This document shows, one piece after another, positions 49,352-58,555 of a DNA stretch of 64,000 nt. The stretch spans positions 67,925 to 131,924 of the forward strand of contig JBMFRX010000002.1 in assembly GCA_049967855.1 (NCBI GenBank). The letters run 5' to 3'. Position numbers and translations under genes: made by a program. Source of the DNA: Caldisericaceae bacterium (GTDB lineage Bacteria > Caldisericota > Caldisericia > Caldisericales > Caldisericaceae). The notes under the pieces are model-generated. The model was not told the DNA's origin, made no database searches, and worked only from the letters and a program-made list of their open reading frames with translations. Each line of letters begins with the position of its first letter. The first letter of the stretch is position 1.

Positions 49352-50449
49352 GTGGCTCAAAAAGATTATTATGAAGTGCTTGGGGTTTCTAAGAACGCAA
49401 CTCCCGACGAAATAACTAAGAAATACAGGGAGCTTGTTATGAAATATCACCCAGACCTTCACAAGGATGATGCGGATGCTGCCAGGAAAATGGCGGAAAT
49501 TAATGAAGCCTACGAAGTACTGAGTGACCCTGAAAAACGTGCCCAATACGACAGATTCGGTGCCGTGGGTGAAGGTGTTGGTGCTCCTGGTTATGGCGGA
49601 GGTCCAGGGTTCGATGTAGGAGGAGATTTCTTTGGCGGAGTCGAAGACATACTAAGAAACTTTGGTTTTGGAGGTTTTGGAGGAGCCACTACTGAAGAGC
49701 AGGTCGAGCGTAGAGGCAGCGACATTGAGACTTCAGTCACAATAAGCTTTGCAGAGGCTGTGCTTGGCACAAAGAAAGATGTGAACGTGCAGAGGTACGA
49801 TACCTGTCCTGTTTGCCATGGCACAGGTGTGGAGCCGGGGGCAGGTTATGTTACCTGCCCTACCTGCAAAGGAAGTGGAGTAGTAAAGAAAATTCAGCGT
49901 ACGATCATAGGTGAATTTGTTGTGCAGACAACTTGTCCCACCTGTCATGGCACTGGCAAGGTTCCTAAAGAGAAGTGCCACAATTGTGGTGGAACAGGCG
50001 TTGTTAAAGGCGAACACGTTGTAACAGTTACAATACCTGGTGGAATTGAAGATGGAATGCGCGTAAGAGTACAAGGTCAGGGTAATTCAGTTGGACACGA
50101 CGCACGTGAGGGCGATTTATACGTTCTTGTGCGCGTTAAGAGTGACTTACGCTTTACACGCGACAAAGATAAGATCTATTTTACTGCACACATTTCAGTG
50201 CCTGATGCTGTAATGGGGACCACTATCTCTGTTCCTCTAATAGAGGGCGGAGAAGAGAAGGTTAGGATACCTGCGGGGACTCAAAATGGAACCGAGTTTG
50301 TTATAAGAGGAAGGGGTTCATACACAATAGGTTCACGTAGAAGAGGAGATTTGGTTGTTAAAGTGCTTGTTGATATTCCAACAAGGCTTTCAAGTGAGGA
50401 AGCTTATTACTACGAAAAAATAAGGGAGGTTAATAATGCAAAAAAGTGA
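49352..50449 (+). CDS. dnaJ: Chaperone DnaJ
   Basis: J-domain HPD, G/F region, four CxxCxGxG repeats. Confidence 0.97.
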   Translation: MAQKDYYEVLGVSKNATPDEITKKYRELVMKYHPDLHKDDADAARKMAEINEAYEVLSDPEKRAQYDRFGAVGEGVGAPGYGGGPGFDVGGDFFGGVEDILRNFGFGGFGGATTEEQVERRGSDIETSVTISFAEAVLGTKKDVNVQRYDTCPVCHGTGVEPGAGYVTCPTCKGSGVVKKIQRTIIGEFVVQTTCPTCHGTGKVPKEKCHNCGGTGVVKGEHVVTVTIPGGIEDGMRVRVQGQGNSVGHDAREGDLYVLVRVKSDLRFTRDKDKIYFTAHISVPDAVMGTTISVPLIEGGEEKVRIPAGTQNGTEFVIRGRGSYTIGSRRRGDLVVKVLVDIPTRLSSEEAYYYEKIREVNNAKK

Positions 50450-51863
50450 TAACGTGAAAACTAAGATTGTAGTAACCCTTGGGCCCCAAAGTGATTCGCC
50501 TGACGCAATAGAACAGCTTATTAATGCAGGTACAAATGTATTCAGATTGAACTTTTCTCACGGAACCTACGATGAACACAAAGCAGAGATTGAAAACATA
50601 AGAGACATATCGGAGCGTTTGGGAAAAGAAGTCTCTATTATGCAGGATCTTCAAGGGCCAAAGATAAGGCTGGGTAAGATTGAAGGGAACTCTGCTTTAT
50701 TGAAAGACGGCCAGGATTTTACTCTAACAGATGAAGACCTTATTGGTAATAGTTCTATTTCCTCTATCACTTTTGGTGAAGTAATAAATGACGTCAAAGT
50801 GGGAGAATCCATATTTATCAATGACGGGCTGGTTAAACTCAAAGTTAAAAATATCTTGCCACACAAAGTTATCACAGAAGTTGTTGAAGGCGGTATTATT
50901 TCCGACCATAAGGGGCTGAATTTTCCTGAAACTCGCATCTCTGTGTCAGCTTTTACTGATAAAGATAAACAAGATCTTGTTTTTGGGCTTGAGAATGATG
51001 TCGATATGATTGCACTTTCATTTGTAAAATCGCATGTTGACATAAAACAGTTTAAAGAGCATATGAATTCGTTGGGAAAGAACTTGCCAGTTGTTTCTAA
51101 AGTTGAGAAATGGGAGGCTGTAGAGGACCTTGAAGCAATAATAGATGAGTCATCAGCAGTTATGGTAGCAAGGGGTGACCTTGGCGTAGAGCTTCCTGTT
51201 GAAAAAGTTCCTATAATACAAAAGAGAATGATTGCACTTGCTAATAGCAAGGCAAAACCTGTTATAACTGCTACCCAGATGCTTAATTCTATGGTGGAAA
51301 ACCCTACTCCAACACGAGCAGAGGTTAATGATATTGCAAATGCAATTTTTGATGGAACAGATGCGGTGATGCTTTCAAATGAAACTGCAGTAGGTAAATT
51401 TCCCATAGAGTCTGTTAAAATGATGCGTCGTATTATTGTAGAGACTGAATCAAGCGAAATATTTAACCAGGACATAAGTAATTTCTATGAGCCAGTGGAA
51501 TCCGGTATTACTGATGCAATTGCTTACTCTGTGAAAGAGACAGCCAAGCGTTCTCAGGCAAAATTAATTATAGCTGCTACCGAGAGCGGCAAAACAGCAT
51601 CACTTATTTCCAAGTATAAACCAGATGTTCCAGTTTTAGCGCTGACTTCAAAAACCGAAACACTCAGGCTTATGAACTTGAAATGGGATGTAGTTCCGTG
51701 CCTTGTAAAGCCTTTTACAACTGTTGACGAAATACTTAGCAAAGGACCTCAGATTGCTTACGAACTTGGATTCCTGTCCAAGGGTGATGTATACATTATT
51801 GTATGCGGTACCCACACAGGTGTAAGCGGAAGTACCAACTTATTTAAGGTTGATTCAGTATAA
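50436..51863 (+). CDS. pyk: Pyruvate kinase
   Basis: TKIVVTLGP, RLNFSHG, DLQGPKIR, MVARGDLGVE, ATQMLNSM, DAVMLSNETA. Confidence 0.97.
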   Translation: MQKSDNVKTKIVVTLGPQSDSPDAIEQLINAGTNVFRLNFSHGTYDEHKAEIENIRDISERLGKEVSIMQDLQGPKIRLGKIEGNSALLKDGQDFTLTDEDLIGNSSISSITFGEVINDVKVGESIFINDGLVKLKVKNILPHKVITEVVEGGIISDHKGLNFPETRISVSAFTDKDKQDLVFGLENDVDMIALSFVKSHVDIKQFKEHMNSLGKNLPVVSKVEKWEAVEDLEAIIDESSAVMVARGDLGVELPVEKVPIIQKRMIALANSKAKPVITATQMLNSMVENPTPTRAEVNDIANAIFDGTDAVMLSNETAVGKFPIESVKMMRRIIVETESSEIFNQDISNFYEPVESGITDAIAYSVKETAKRSQAKLIIAATESGKTASLISKYKPDVPVLALTSKTETLRLMNLKWDVVPCLVKPFTTVDEILSKGPQIAYELGFLSKGDVYIIVCGTHTGVSGSTNLFKVDSV

Positions 51864-51865
51864 GT

Positions 51866-53290
51866 CTATTCTTCTGGAAATGCTCTCCCCAACAACTCTT
51901 CCTCTACTATAAGTGGCTTCTCTATAACGACTTTTTTCCAGCTTCCTCTTATGTAAAAAACTAGAATTAGCAGTGAAGAGAAAACGTTACTTAAAGTCAT
52001 TCCCCACCAAATACCGTTTGAGCCATAGTATTTCATAAGAATATATGACAAGGGGATTCTTAAAACCCACAATCTAACAAGGTCTGCTATCATTGGTGGA
52101 GTATTATGTCCTGATCCTCTGAAAACTCCTTCTACGGCACTCAGCAGTCCGAAGAAAGGCAGCCCGAAAATGAAGATATTGAGGAATTTCACCCCTTCGG
52201 CGATTATATCCTGGCGTCCAGGAATAAACAAGGCAAAGATTTGAGCTCTCACAAGATACAGCAATAATGACTCAGCAATTGTGATAGCAAATTCGACTTT
52301 AATCCCGGTTTTCGCAATTTCCTCTGCTCTATCTATTCTATTTGCCCCAAGGTTTTGACCAACCATTGTTACTAAACTTGCACCTATGCCTTCCACGACT
52401 ATAAATATAATGTTAACTGCCCTATCTCCTATTCCGTAAGCAGCTAATGTAGCTTCAGCATTTGCGACTCTGCCTATAAGTCCGGTCAGAACTACAAAAC
52501 CAAATGAAGTTGCGGAATTTCCAAACGCTGCAGGAAGGCCAATTTTGAAGATCTTTGCAAACCAGCCTAAATCTGGCGCAAGTTCTCTAAATATTATCTT
52601 GACGCCTTTGGTTCCTTTCAAAAGAAAATATATGGCTATCCCTGCGGCTATTGCCTCACATATTACTGTGGCAAGAGCAGCGCCAACGACGCCCATTCGT
52701 GGGAAACCCCACCATCCAAAAATTAAGAATGGGTCAAGCACTATGTTCAAGATATTTGTTATAAGGCTTATCTGAAACCAGGTTACATTGTCTCCCATAG
52801 CTGAAAGAATGCTTTGAAAAGATGCCCCTATAAATATGAAGGGTACTCCAATAAAGAACACTTTCATATATTGAATTGCAACTGAGGAAATATTGCTGAC
52901 GTTCGTTATCAATCTTGCAATTAGAGGCATAAAGAAAAACCCAATTACACCTATTGCCACACCGAATATTACGGCAAGTGAGATTACCTGAGAAGCAGAG
53001 TAATTTGCCTTCTCGTACTGTTTGGCTCCTATATATTGTGAAACAAGGGCGATACCTGCCATTGCAAAGCCAATCGAGAAAGATATCAGAAACCAGATAA
53101 TAGGAAATGCAACCTGGAGTCCTGCTACGGCACTACCGCTTTCGCTAACTGGCATATGTCCCAACCAAAATGTGTCGGCCATATTATAAACTGTGAATAG
53201 CAGTTGCGACAGCATTACAGGAATCCCAAGAGCAAACATTACTTTGACGATGTTACCATTAAGGATCTCTTCTCTTGAAACTTTTCGCAT
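51866..53290 (-). CDS. MATE family efflux transporter
   Basis: YNMADTFWLG, NIVLDPFLIFG, MGVVGAALAT, VGQNLGA. Confidence 0.93.
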   Translation of the reverse strand: MRKVSREEILNGNIVKVMFALGIPVMLSQLLFTVYNMADTFWLGHMPVSESGSAVAGLQVAFPIIWFLISFSIGFAMAGIALVSQYIGAKQYEKANYSASQVISLAVIFGVAIGVIGFFFMPLIARLITNVSNISSVAIQYMKVFFIGVPFIFIGASFQSILSAMGDNVTWFQISLITNILNIVLDPFLIFGWWGFPRMGVVGAALATVICEAIAAGIAIYFLLKGTKGVKIIFRELAPDLGWFAKIFKIGLPAAFGNSATSFGFVVLTGLIGRVANAEATLAAYGIGDRAVNIIFIVVEGIGASLVTMVGQNLGANRIDRAEEIAKTGIKVEFAITIAESLLLYLVRAQIFALFIPGRQDIIAEGVKFLNIFIFGLPFFGLLSAVEGVFRGSGHNTPPMIADLVRLWVLRIPLSYILMKYYGSNGIWWGMTLSNVFSSLLILVFYIRGSWKKVVIEKPLIVEEELLGRAFPEE

Positions 53291-53311
53291 TTTTCTCTCC
53301 TATAAATTATA

Positions 53312-53692
53312 TCATATTATTTCAATCTCGACATGCTCCCCTTCACTTCCTTCATCAACATCTATTACCTTGCCAGTAAAATTAGGGTCACTAATAGCCT
53401 TTTTAAGTTCTTCAATGTCTATAGGGATGCTTTCGCCACCTAAATTCATAGTCCTAGAGCCAGTCAATTTGAGTGCAGACAATCCAAAGTTGATTACGCC
53501 AATTGGCATTGTAATATTAACCTTGTCCTTTCCCTCTTCTGTAACTGTTATTCTCACAAATCTTTTGTTATAGGGCGGAGATTTCTTTTGATTTTCTGAA
53601 ACCTTAAGAGCCTCTATAAGCTCACTTGCTTCCTCTTTTGTAATCTTACCTTGTTCAAGTAAGTCCAACACTTTATTGAGTTCTTCGTTCAT
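53312..53692 (-). CDS. SHOCT-like / YvlB-N-terminal-like small protein
   Basis: EELNKVLDLLEQGKITKEEASELIEAL; RITVTEEGKDKVNITMP; in an operon with DUF4097 and DUF2089 genes. Confidence 0.7.
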   Translation of the reverse strand: MNEELNKVLDLLEQGKITKEEASELIEALKVSENQKKSPPYNKRFVRITVTEEGKDKVNITMPIGVINFGLSALKLTGSRTMNLGGESIPIDIEELKKAISDPNFTGKVIDVDEGSEGEHVEIEII

Positions 53693-54579
53693 TCTATCCT
53701 CCTAATTCTTATATCTCCAGATTTTGTTTTAATATTTACCGGTACAATGCCTTCGCCAATTCTTGTAACTCCACTATCGCTGACTCTCTTTATTCCGCTG
53801 TCAGATATCTCACCAGAGTTTGTTGCAGCAAATATTAGAACTTGTGTTGGGTCTATTTCAACATCAAAGTCCCCAAAAATCGTTGAAATATCAGTTGCAT
53901 CGTTGAATTTTGTCTTCACCAAGTCTACATCTCCGCTAAATACGCTTATTCTAGTTTTAGACAGGCTGCAGTTTTCCATTGAGATATCACCTGAATAACC
54001 TTTTATCATTCCTTCAATCTTCGAATCTAAGATATCAATATCTCCTGATTTTGTGTTTAATTCAACCGTACCTTCGATTCCTTTTAGTTCCAAGTCCCCA
54101 CTTATGGAGCTTACACAAGCGGACCCTTTGAAATTTTCAATTTTAATATCCCCTGAAACGACAGAAATATCAAGTTTACCGATAATTCCTGATACTTCGA
54201 TATCTCCTGAAACTACCCCGATTATTATTTCTTCGATGTTCTTAGGGACTAGCAGACTCACTCTATTTCCTTCGCTCCTGCTCCCCCAACCCAGGAAGCC
54301 AATTCCATTTAAATTAGGTTTGGGTGTAATTTTTACAGTTTCATTGTCCCTTTCAATATTTATGTAATCGCTTCCTTGTTTGATTACAGGTGCAGTTATG
54401 CTACCATTACCTTCGATTCTGACATCGTCACTTTTGAAACCTCTAATTTCAATCTTTTTTAGAGTAACTGCGCTTCCATCCTTGTATCCAAGTGCTTCTT
54501 TCAGGCGTACTTTATCGTCTTCAGAAATTTTCCCTTCCCTGAACATCCGCTCTATTTGGGCAATTGCTTCTTCATTCAC
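53689..54579 (-). CDS. DUF4097 beta-helix protein
   Basis: Repeated VSGDI, ISGDL, KSGDI motifs; N-terminal SHOCT-like segment; GTG start. Confidence 0.82.
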   Translation of the reverse strand: MNEEAIAQIERMFREGKISEDDKVRLKEALGYKDGSAVTLKKIEIRGFKSDDVRIEGNGSITAPVIKQGSDYINIERDNETVKITPKPNLNGIGFLGWGSRSEGNRVSLLVPKNIEEIIIGVVSGDIEVSGIIGKLDISVVSGDIKIENFKGSACVSSISGDLELKGIEGTVELNTKSGDIDILDSKIEGMIKGYSGDISMENCSLSKTRISVFSGDVDLVKTKFNDATDISTIFGDFDVEIDPTQVLIFAATNSGEISDSGIKRVSDSGVTRIGEGIVPVNIKTKSGDIRIRRIE

Positions 54580-54949
54580 CTTTGCTCCCTCCTTTGAGTA
54601 ACCTTAAAGACTCCTCTACTGTAATTTCTCCCCTTTCAAGTTTTTGCAGTATTTCGGTCTTGGTAAGCTCTGTATTTTCTTCTCCTTCATACAAGTCAAG
54701 GCTTTTTAACAATTTATCAAGCCTGGATTTTGCAGTGGGGTATGAGATACTCATTCTTGTCTCAAGCTCTTTGATATTACCCCTTGATCTAAGGAAAGTC
54801 ATAAGAAATTCCATATCTTCTTCGTCAAGAAGCATCAGCTTGTCAAATTGAAAATTCCCATGAATTGAGGTGCCACAGGAAGGGCATTTCAATTCAATAA
54901 CCTCAAGCGGACTTCCACAAACAGGGCATTTAGTAACTATTTTTTTCAT
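54572..54949 (-). CDS. DUF2089 family zinc-ribbon/HTH protein
   Basis: Start MKKIVTK after SD GGAGGTG; CPVC...CPSC, FLRSRGNIKELE, ISYPTAKSRLD. Confidence 0.88.
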   Translation of the reverse strand: MKKIVTKCPVCGSPLEVIELKCPSCGTSIHGNFQFDKLMLLDEEDMEFLMTFLRSRGNIKELETRMSISYPTAKSRLDKLLKSLDLYEGEENTELTKTEILQKLERGEITVEESLRLLKGGSKGE

Positions 54950-55154
54950 CTTCACCTCCGCAGTTAATCTTATCATAAATAATATTAATATAATTTTGAA
55001 TTTTGTCAATAGAGAAATTAATAATATTGAAAATATTTTCCTTCGGCACCTGGCAATGGTAATTTTAAATGTTAATCTGGCAACTTTCTAGTTGTAAGAA
55101 TTGGCTAGCTTATTTAATTTCTCGTTCTTACTTATGAGTGACTTAATAATAAAT

Positions 55155-55180
55155 AATCCCCTGCTATAAGCAGGGGATTT
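55155..55180 (-). terminator. Intrinsic terminator after porB
   Basis: AATCCCCTGCT-ATA-AGCAGGGGATT. Confidence 0.85.
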
Positions 55181-55201
55181 ATGTTACGAAAGAATAAATA
55201 A

Positions 55202-56134
55202 CTAAAACCTTACTTGTGCTTCCTCAAGTTGAAGCAAGCGTTCCCACTCTTCATCAATCATTTTTTGCATTTCTTCAATTATATGTTTGTTCTCTGGCTT
55301 AAATAGATGCTTGAATCTCCCCTGTCCTTTCAAGAATTCCTCAACTGGCTTTCTCTCTTTTGGTTTGTAATTAATGTGAACTTTGCCATTTTCAACCTCA
55401 TAAAGAGGCCAGAAGTTGGTTTCCGCTGCAAGCCTTGAGTATGCTATAGTCATCTCAGGCTCGTAATGCCAGTTTGTAGTGCAGGGTTGGAGTACTGCAA
55501 GGAAAGAAGGACCATCTGCCGCAAACCCCTTTTTTGCCTTAGAATGTAGGTCGAGCAAGTTATGAACAGCCGCCTGTGCAGTATAGGGCACCCTGTGTGC
55601 CGCAACAATCTCGACTATATTCTTTCTAAACTGAGGTTTACCAAAACTTTCTGTGCCCGCAGGAACAGTTGTAGTGCTTGCACCAAATGGGGTTGCTCCA
55701 CTTCTCTGGTTACCTGTATTCATATAACCTTCATTATCGTATACTACATACATAAATTTATGCCTTCGTTCAAGTGCCCCAGAAAGAGCCTGAAAACCGA
55801 TATCGTAAGTTCCGCCATCTCCTCCAAAGGCAATAATATTAACATCGTCCTTTATTTTGCCCCGTTTTTTTAATGACTTATATGCTGTCTCAATACCAGC
55901 TGCGACAGCTGCCGCATTCTCAAAAGTTAAGTGAATCCACGGAACCTTCCATGCGGAGAAAGGGTAAATAGTGGAAGTTACTTCAAGGCATCCTGTAGCA
56001 TTTGCTATTATAACAGGCTTATCGGAAGCCGCGACAATAGTATTTACAATGGGTGGAATACCACATCCAGCACACATTCTATGGCCTGGTGCCAACGGAG
56101 TTTCTTTTGAAACTATCTCTTGAATAGTAGCCAT
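55202..56134 (-). CDS. porB: Pyruvate/2-oxoacid:ferredoxin oxidoreductase beta subunit
   Basis: GHRMCAGCG, ATGCLEV, FENAAA, GGDGGTYDIG, DNEGYMNTG. Confidence 0.93.
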   Translation of the reverse strand: MATIQEIVSKETPLAPGHRMCAGCGIPPIVNTIVAASDKPVIIANATGCLEVTSTIYPFSAWKVPWIHLTFENAAAVAAGIETAYKSLKKRGKIKDDVNIIAFGGDGGTYDIGFQALSGALERRHKFMYVVYDNEGYMNTGNQRSGATPFGASTTTVPAGTESFGKPQFRKNIVEIVAAHRVPYTAQAAVHNLLDLHSKAKKGFAADGPSFLAVLQPCTTNWHYEPEMTIAYSRLAAETNFWPLYEVENGKVHINYKPKERKPVEEFLKGQGRFKHLFKPENKHIIEEMQKMIDEEWERLLQLEEAQVRF

Positions 56135-56138
56135 TTCA

Positions 56139-57308
56139 TTACCCCCTTAATCCAATGTATCTGTGATGTATGGAGTCAACATTTCCTGACATCAACTCGT
56201 CAAAAACCTTTCTGATGTCAGTTTTGAATATGTCTCTTCCACCAAGACCAAAGATATAACTCTGGAGTTTTGGTTTGTTTACTGACTCAAAAAGTGTGTT
56301 TCTGATTTCACTATAAACAGGAGCATAAGCCCCAAAAGCCATAGACCTGTCAAGCACTCCGACCACTTTAAACTTCTCAAGGACTGGTCTTAATTCATCA
56401 TATGGGAAAGGTCTGAATAGAATAGGTTTGATGAGACCGACTTTTTTCCCTTCGTTCCTTAATTCGTCAACAACGTCTTTTGAAGTACCTGCTGCCGACG
56501 AAAGTATTATGATCACGGCTTCTGCATCATCTGTTCTGTATTCTTCGAAATATGGGTATTTGTTTCCAGTAAGCTTTGAGAGTTCACTTCCGACTTCAAG
56601 GTATACTCTCTTTGCATTAATCATTGCTTCCTCTTGCTGTCTTTTTATTTCGAAATAGTAGTCTGGCAGGGCGAGAGGGCCAATAGTATAAGGATGTTTC
56701 ACATCAAGCAGATATCTGTCAGGCGTTCTTTCACCAACAAAGTCCTTTGCAACTTTATCATCAAGCACTTTGACGTTTTCAACTCCATGGCTTGTAATGA
56801 AACCGTCTTGTAGAACCATTGCAGGGAGCAGCACATCAGGATGTTCAGCTACCCTTAAGGCAAGGAACATATTCTCATAGGCTTCCTGAGCGTTCTCTGA
56901 AAAAATTTGCATCCAACCAATTGTAGTTGCACCCATTGAATCTGAATGGTCACAGTGTATATTTATTGGAGCTGAAAGAGCCCTGTTTACAACAGGCATT
57001 ACGATAGGTAATCTAAGGCCTGGCGTCGCTGCTACTACTTCCCACATTAAAGCAAGTCCTTGTGAAGATGTGGCGCACATTGCTCTTGCTCCTGCTGCTG
57101 CAGCACCAACCGTTGCAGACATAGCAGAATGCTCAGATTCGACTGGTATTGTCTCTGTGGTGACTTCTCCGTTTGCCACGAATTCCGAAAAAAACTCAAC
57201 TACAGGAGTCTGAGGAGTTATAGGATAGGCGACAACAACTTCTGGATTAATCTGTCTCATTGCCTCAGCAGTTGCTTGCGCTCCAGTTAATGGTTTAACT
57301 ATACTCAT
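56139..57308 (-). CDS. porA: Pyruvate/2-oxoacid:ferredoxin oxidoreductase alpha subunit
   Basis: AYPITPQT, VESEHSAM, ATSSQGL, NRALSAP, GLGGRD. Confidence 0.93.
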   Translation of the reverse strand: MSIVKPLTGAQATAEAMRQINPEVVVAYPITPQTPVVEFFSEFVANGEVTTETIPVESEHSAMSATVGAAAAGARAMCATSSQGLALMWEVVAATPGLRLPIVMPVVNRALSAPINIHCDHSDSMGATTIGWMQIFSENAQEAYENMFLALRVAEHPDVLLPAMVLQDGFITSHGVENVKVLDDKVAKDFVGERTPDRYLLDVKHPYTIGPLALPDYYFEIKRQQEEAMINAKRVYLEVGSELSKLTGNKYPYFEEYRTDDAEAVIIILSSAAGTSKDVVDELRNEGKKVGLIKPILFRPFPYDELRPVLEKFKVVGVLDRSMAFGAYAPVYSEIRNTLFESVNKPKLQSYIFGLGGRDIFKTDIRKVFDELMSGNVDSIHHRYIGLRG

Positions 57309-57317
57309 TTTATCCTC

Positions 57318-57668
57318 CTACTTTGAAGAAGCTTTTTCTACTGCTTCTTCTTCTCTTATCATAGTAATACACTTTGTAGGGCACTCAGCAGCACAGATTC
57401 CACATCCCTTGCAGTAATCGAAGTTGGTTTCAAGCCTCACAATGCCTTTATATGTTCTTCCGTTCTTTCCAACTACGCCCTCTTCACTTTTTGCAGTAGG
57501 AATTGCCATATCAGGGCAATAAGAAACGCAGATCATACAGTGTATACAATTTGATGGGTCAAAAACAGGTCTTAGTGACCTCCAGGAACCTGTTTTATAA
57601 TCGACGGATGTTGCTGCGGGGAGATCTGCCCCACGCATTAACTCTTTCCAGCCTTGTTTATCAGCCAT
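57318..57668 (-). CDS. porD: Pyruvate/2-oxoacid:ferredoxin oxidoreductase delta subunit
   Basis: Start MADKQG; KTGSWR, CIHCMICVSYCP, YCKGCGICAAECP. Confidence 0.9.
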   Translation of the reverse strand: MADKQGWKELMRGADLPAATSVDYKTGSWRSLRPVFDPSNCIHCMICVSYCPDMAIPTAKSEEGVVGKNGRTYKGIVRLETNFDYCKGCGICAAECPTKCITMIREEEAVEKASSK

Positions 57669-58245
57669 TTTTAGCCTCCTCATAGCCCCTCTTAAGTCCT
57701 TCGATGTTCTTGTCAACCTTTTCTTTTCCGATCTTTTCAAGGAAGTGATCTCTAATAACATCCGACAGAGCCTCAAGAGTTACAATTTCTGTTGCTTTTA
57801 CGAGAGTCCCAAGCATTGGGACATTGGGTGCGTCAATCTTCATAAGGTCAAGGGAAATACCGGTTGCGTCAACTGTAAAAATCTTTCCTTTGAAACCTGT
57901 AATTTTTCTCATTTCTTCAGGGTTTTGGTTTGTGTTTACAATAAGGATGCCGACAGTTTCATCTAATCCAGCAGTAACAGGTATTGTTCTTGCAAGACCC
58001 AAGTCGAATACCAGTACTACGTCTGGATTTACGATTGGCTCGTGTGTTCGTAGAGTTTTATCAGAAATTCTTGTGTAAGAAACAGTTGGTGCTCCTCTTC
58101 TTTCGGAACCGTACTCAGGAAAAGCCTGAATCCATTTTCCCTGTTTGAATGCGGCTTCTGCAAGCATCTGAGAAGCTGATTTCGCCCCCTGCCCTGCCCT
58201 GCCGTGCATTCTTATTTCATAGACATCTTTCTTGGTAATAACCAT
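57661..58245 (-). CDS. porC: Pyruvate/2-oxoacid:ferredoxin oxidoreductase gamma subunit
   Basis: EIRMHGRAGQG, FPEYGSERRGAP, PNVPMLG. Confidence 0.92.
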   Translation of the reverse strand: MVITKKDVYEIRMHGRAGQGAKSASQMLAEAAFKQGKWIQAFPEYGSERRGAPTVSYTRISDKTLRTHEPIVNPDVVLVFDLGLARTIPVTAGLDETVGILIVNTNQNPEEMRKITGFKGKIFTVDATGISLDLMKIDAPNVPMLGTLVKATEIVTLEALSDVIRDHFLEKIGKEKVDKNIEGLKRGYEEAKNG

Positions 58246-58269
58246 ATGTTTGTTACCTCCTTAGAGTTT

Positions 58270-58298
58270 AAAAGAGGGAAGAGCAAAAGCTCTCCCCT
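58270..58298 (-). terminator. Terminator/attenuator between the ferredoxin gene and porC
   Basis: Minus strand AGGGGAGAGC-TTTT-GCTCTTCCCT followed by CTTTT. Confidence 0.65.
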
Positions 58299-58314
58299 TG
58301 AGCTTGTTGTATTT

Positions 58315-58509
58315 TTACTCCTCAACAACCGTAATACTTTGGGTTGGGCAGTTCTCTGCAGCATCTTTGTTGCAGTCTGCTTCGGACTCTTTTGAAATGT
58401 ACATTGCTTTTCCATCATCGTCCATCTTCCAGTTTTCTGGGCAGATAGAAGCACACACTCCGCAGCCGATGCAGGTATCTTTGTTAATGTCCACTTTGTA
58501 TTTTGCCAT
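58315..58509 (-). CDS. fdx: Single-cluster ferredoxin
   Basis: CIGCGVCASICP...AAENCPTQSI; SD GGAGGTG. Confidence 0.92.
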   Translation of the reverse strand: MAKYKVDINKDTCIGCGVCASICPENWKMDDDGKAMYISKESEADCNKDAAENCPTQSITVVEE

Positions 58510-58555
58510 TTTTCACCTCCGTTCTTCGTTTAAATTATAGTATATTTTATATAAT

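Noticed and set aside
50651..51475. 274-aa ORF antisense to pyk
   Set aside because: Shadow ORF fully inside pyk with typical antisense Ser/Ile/Thr-rich composition.
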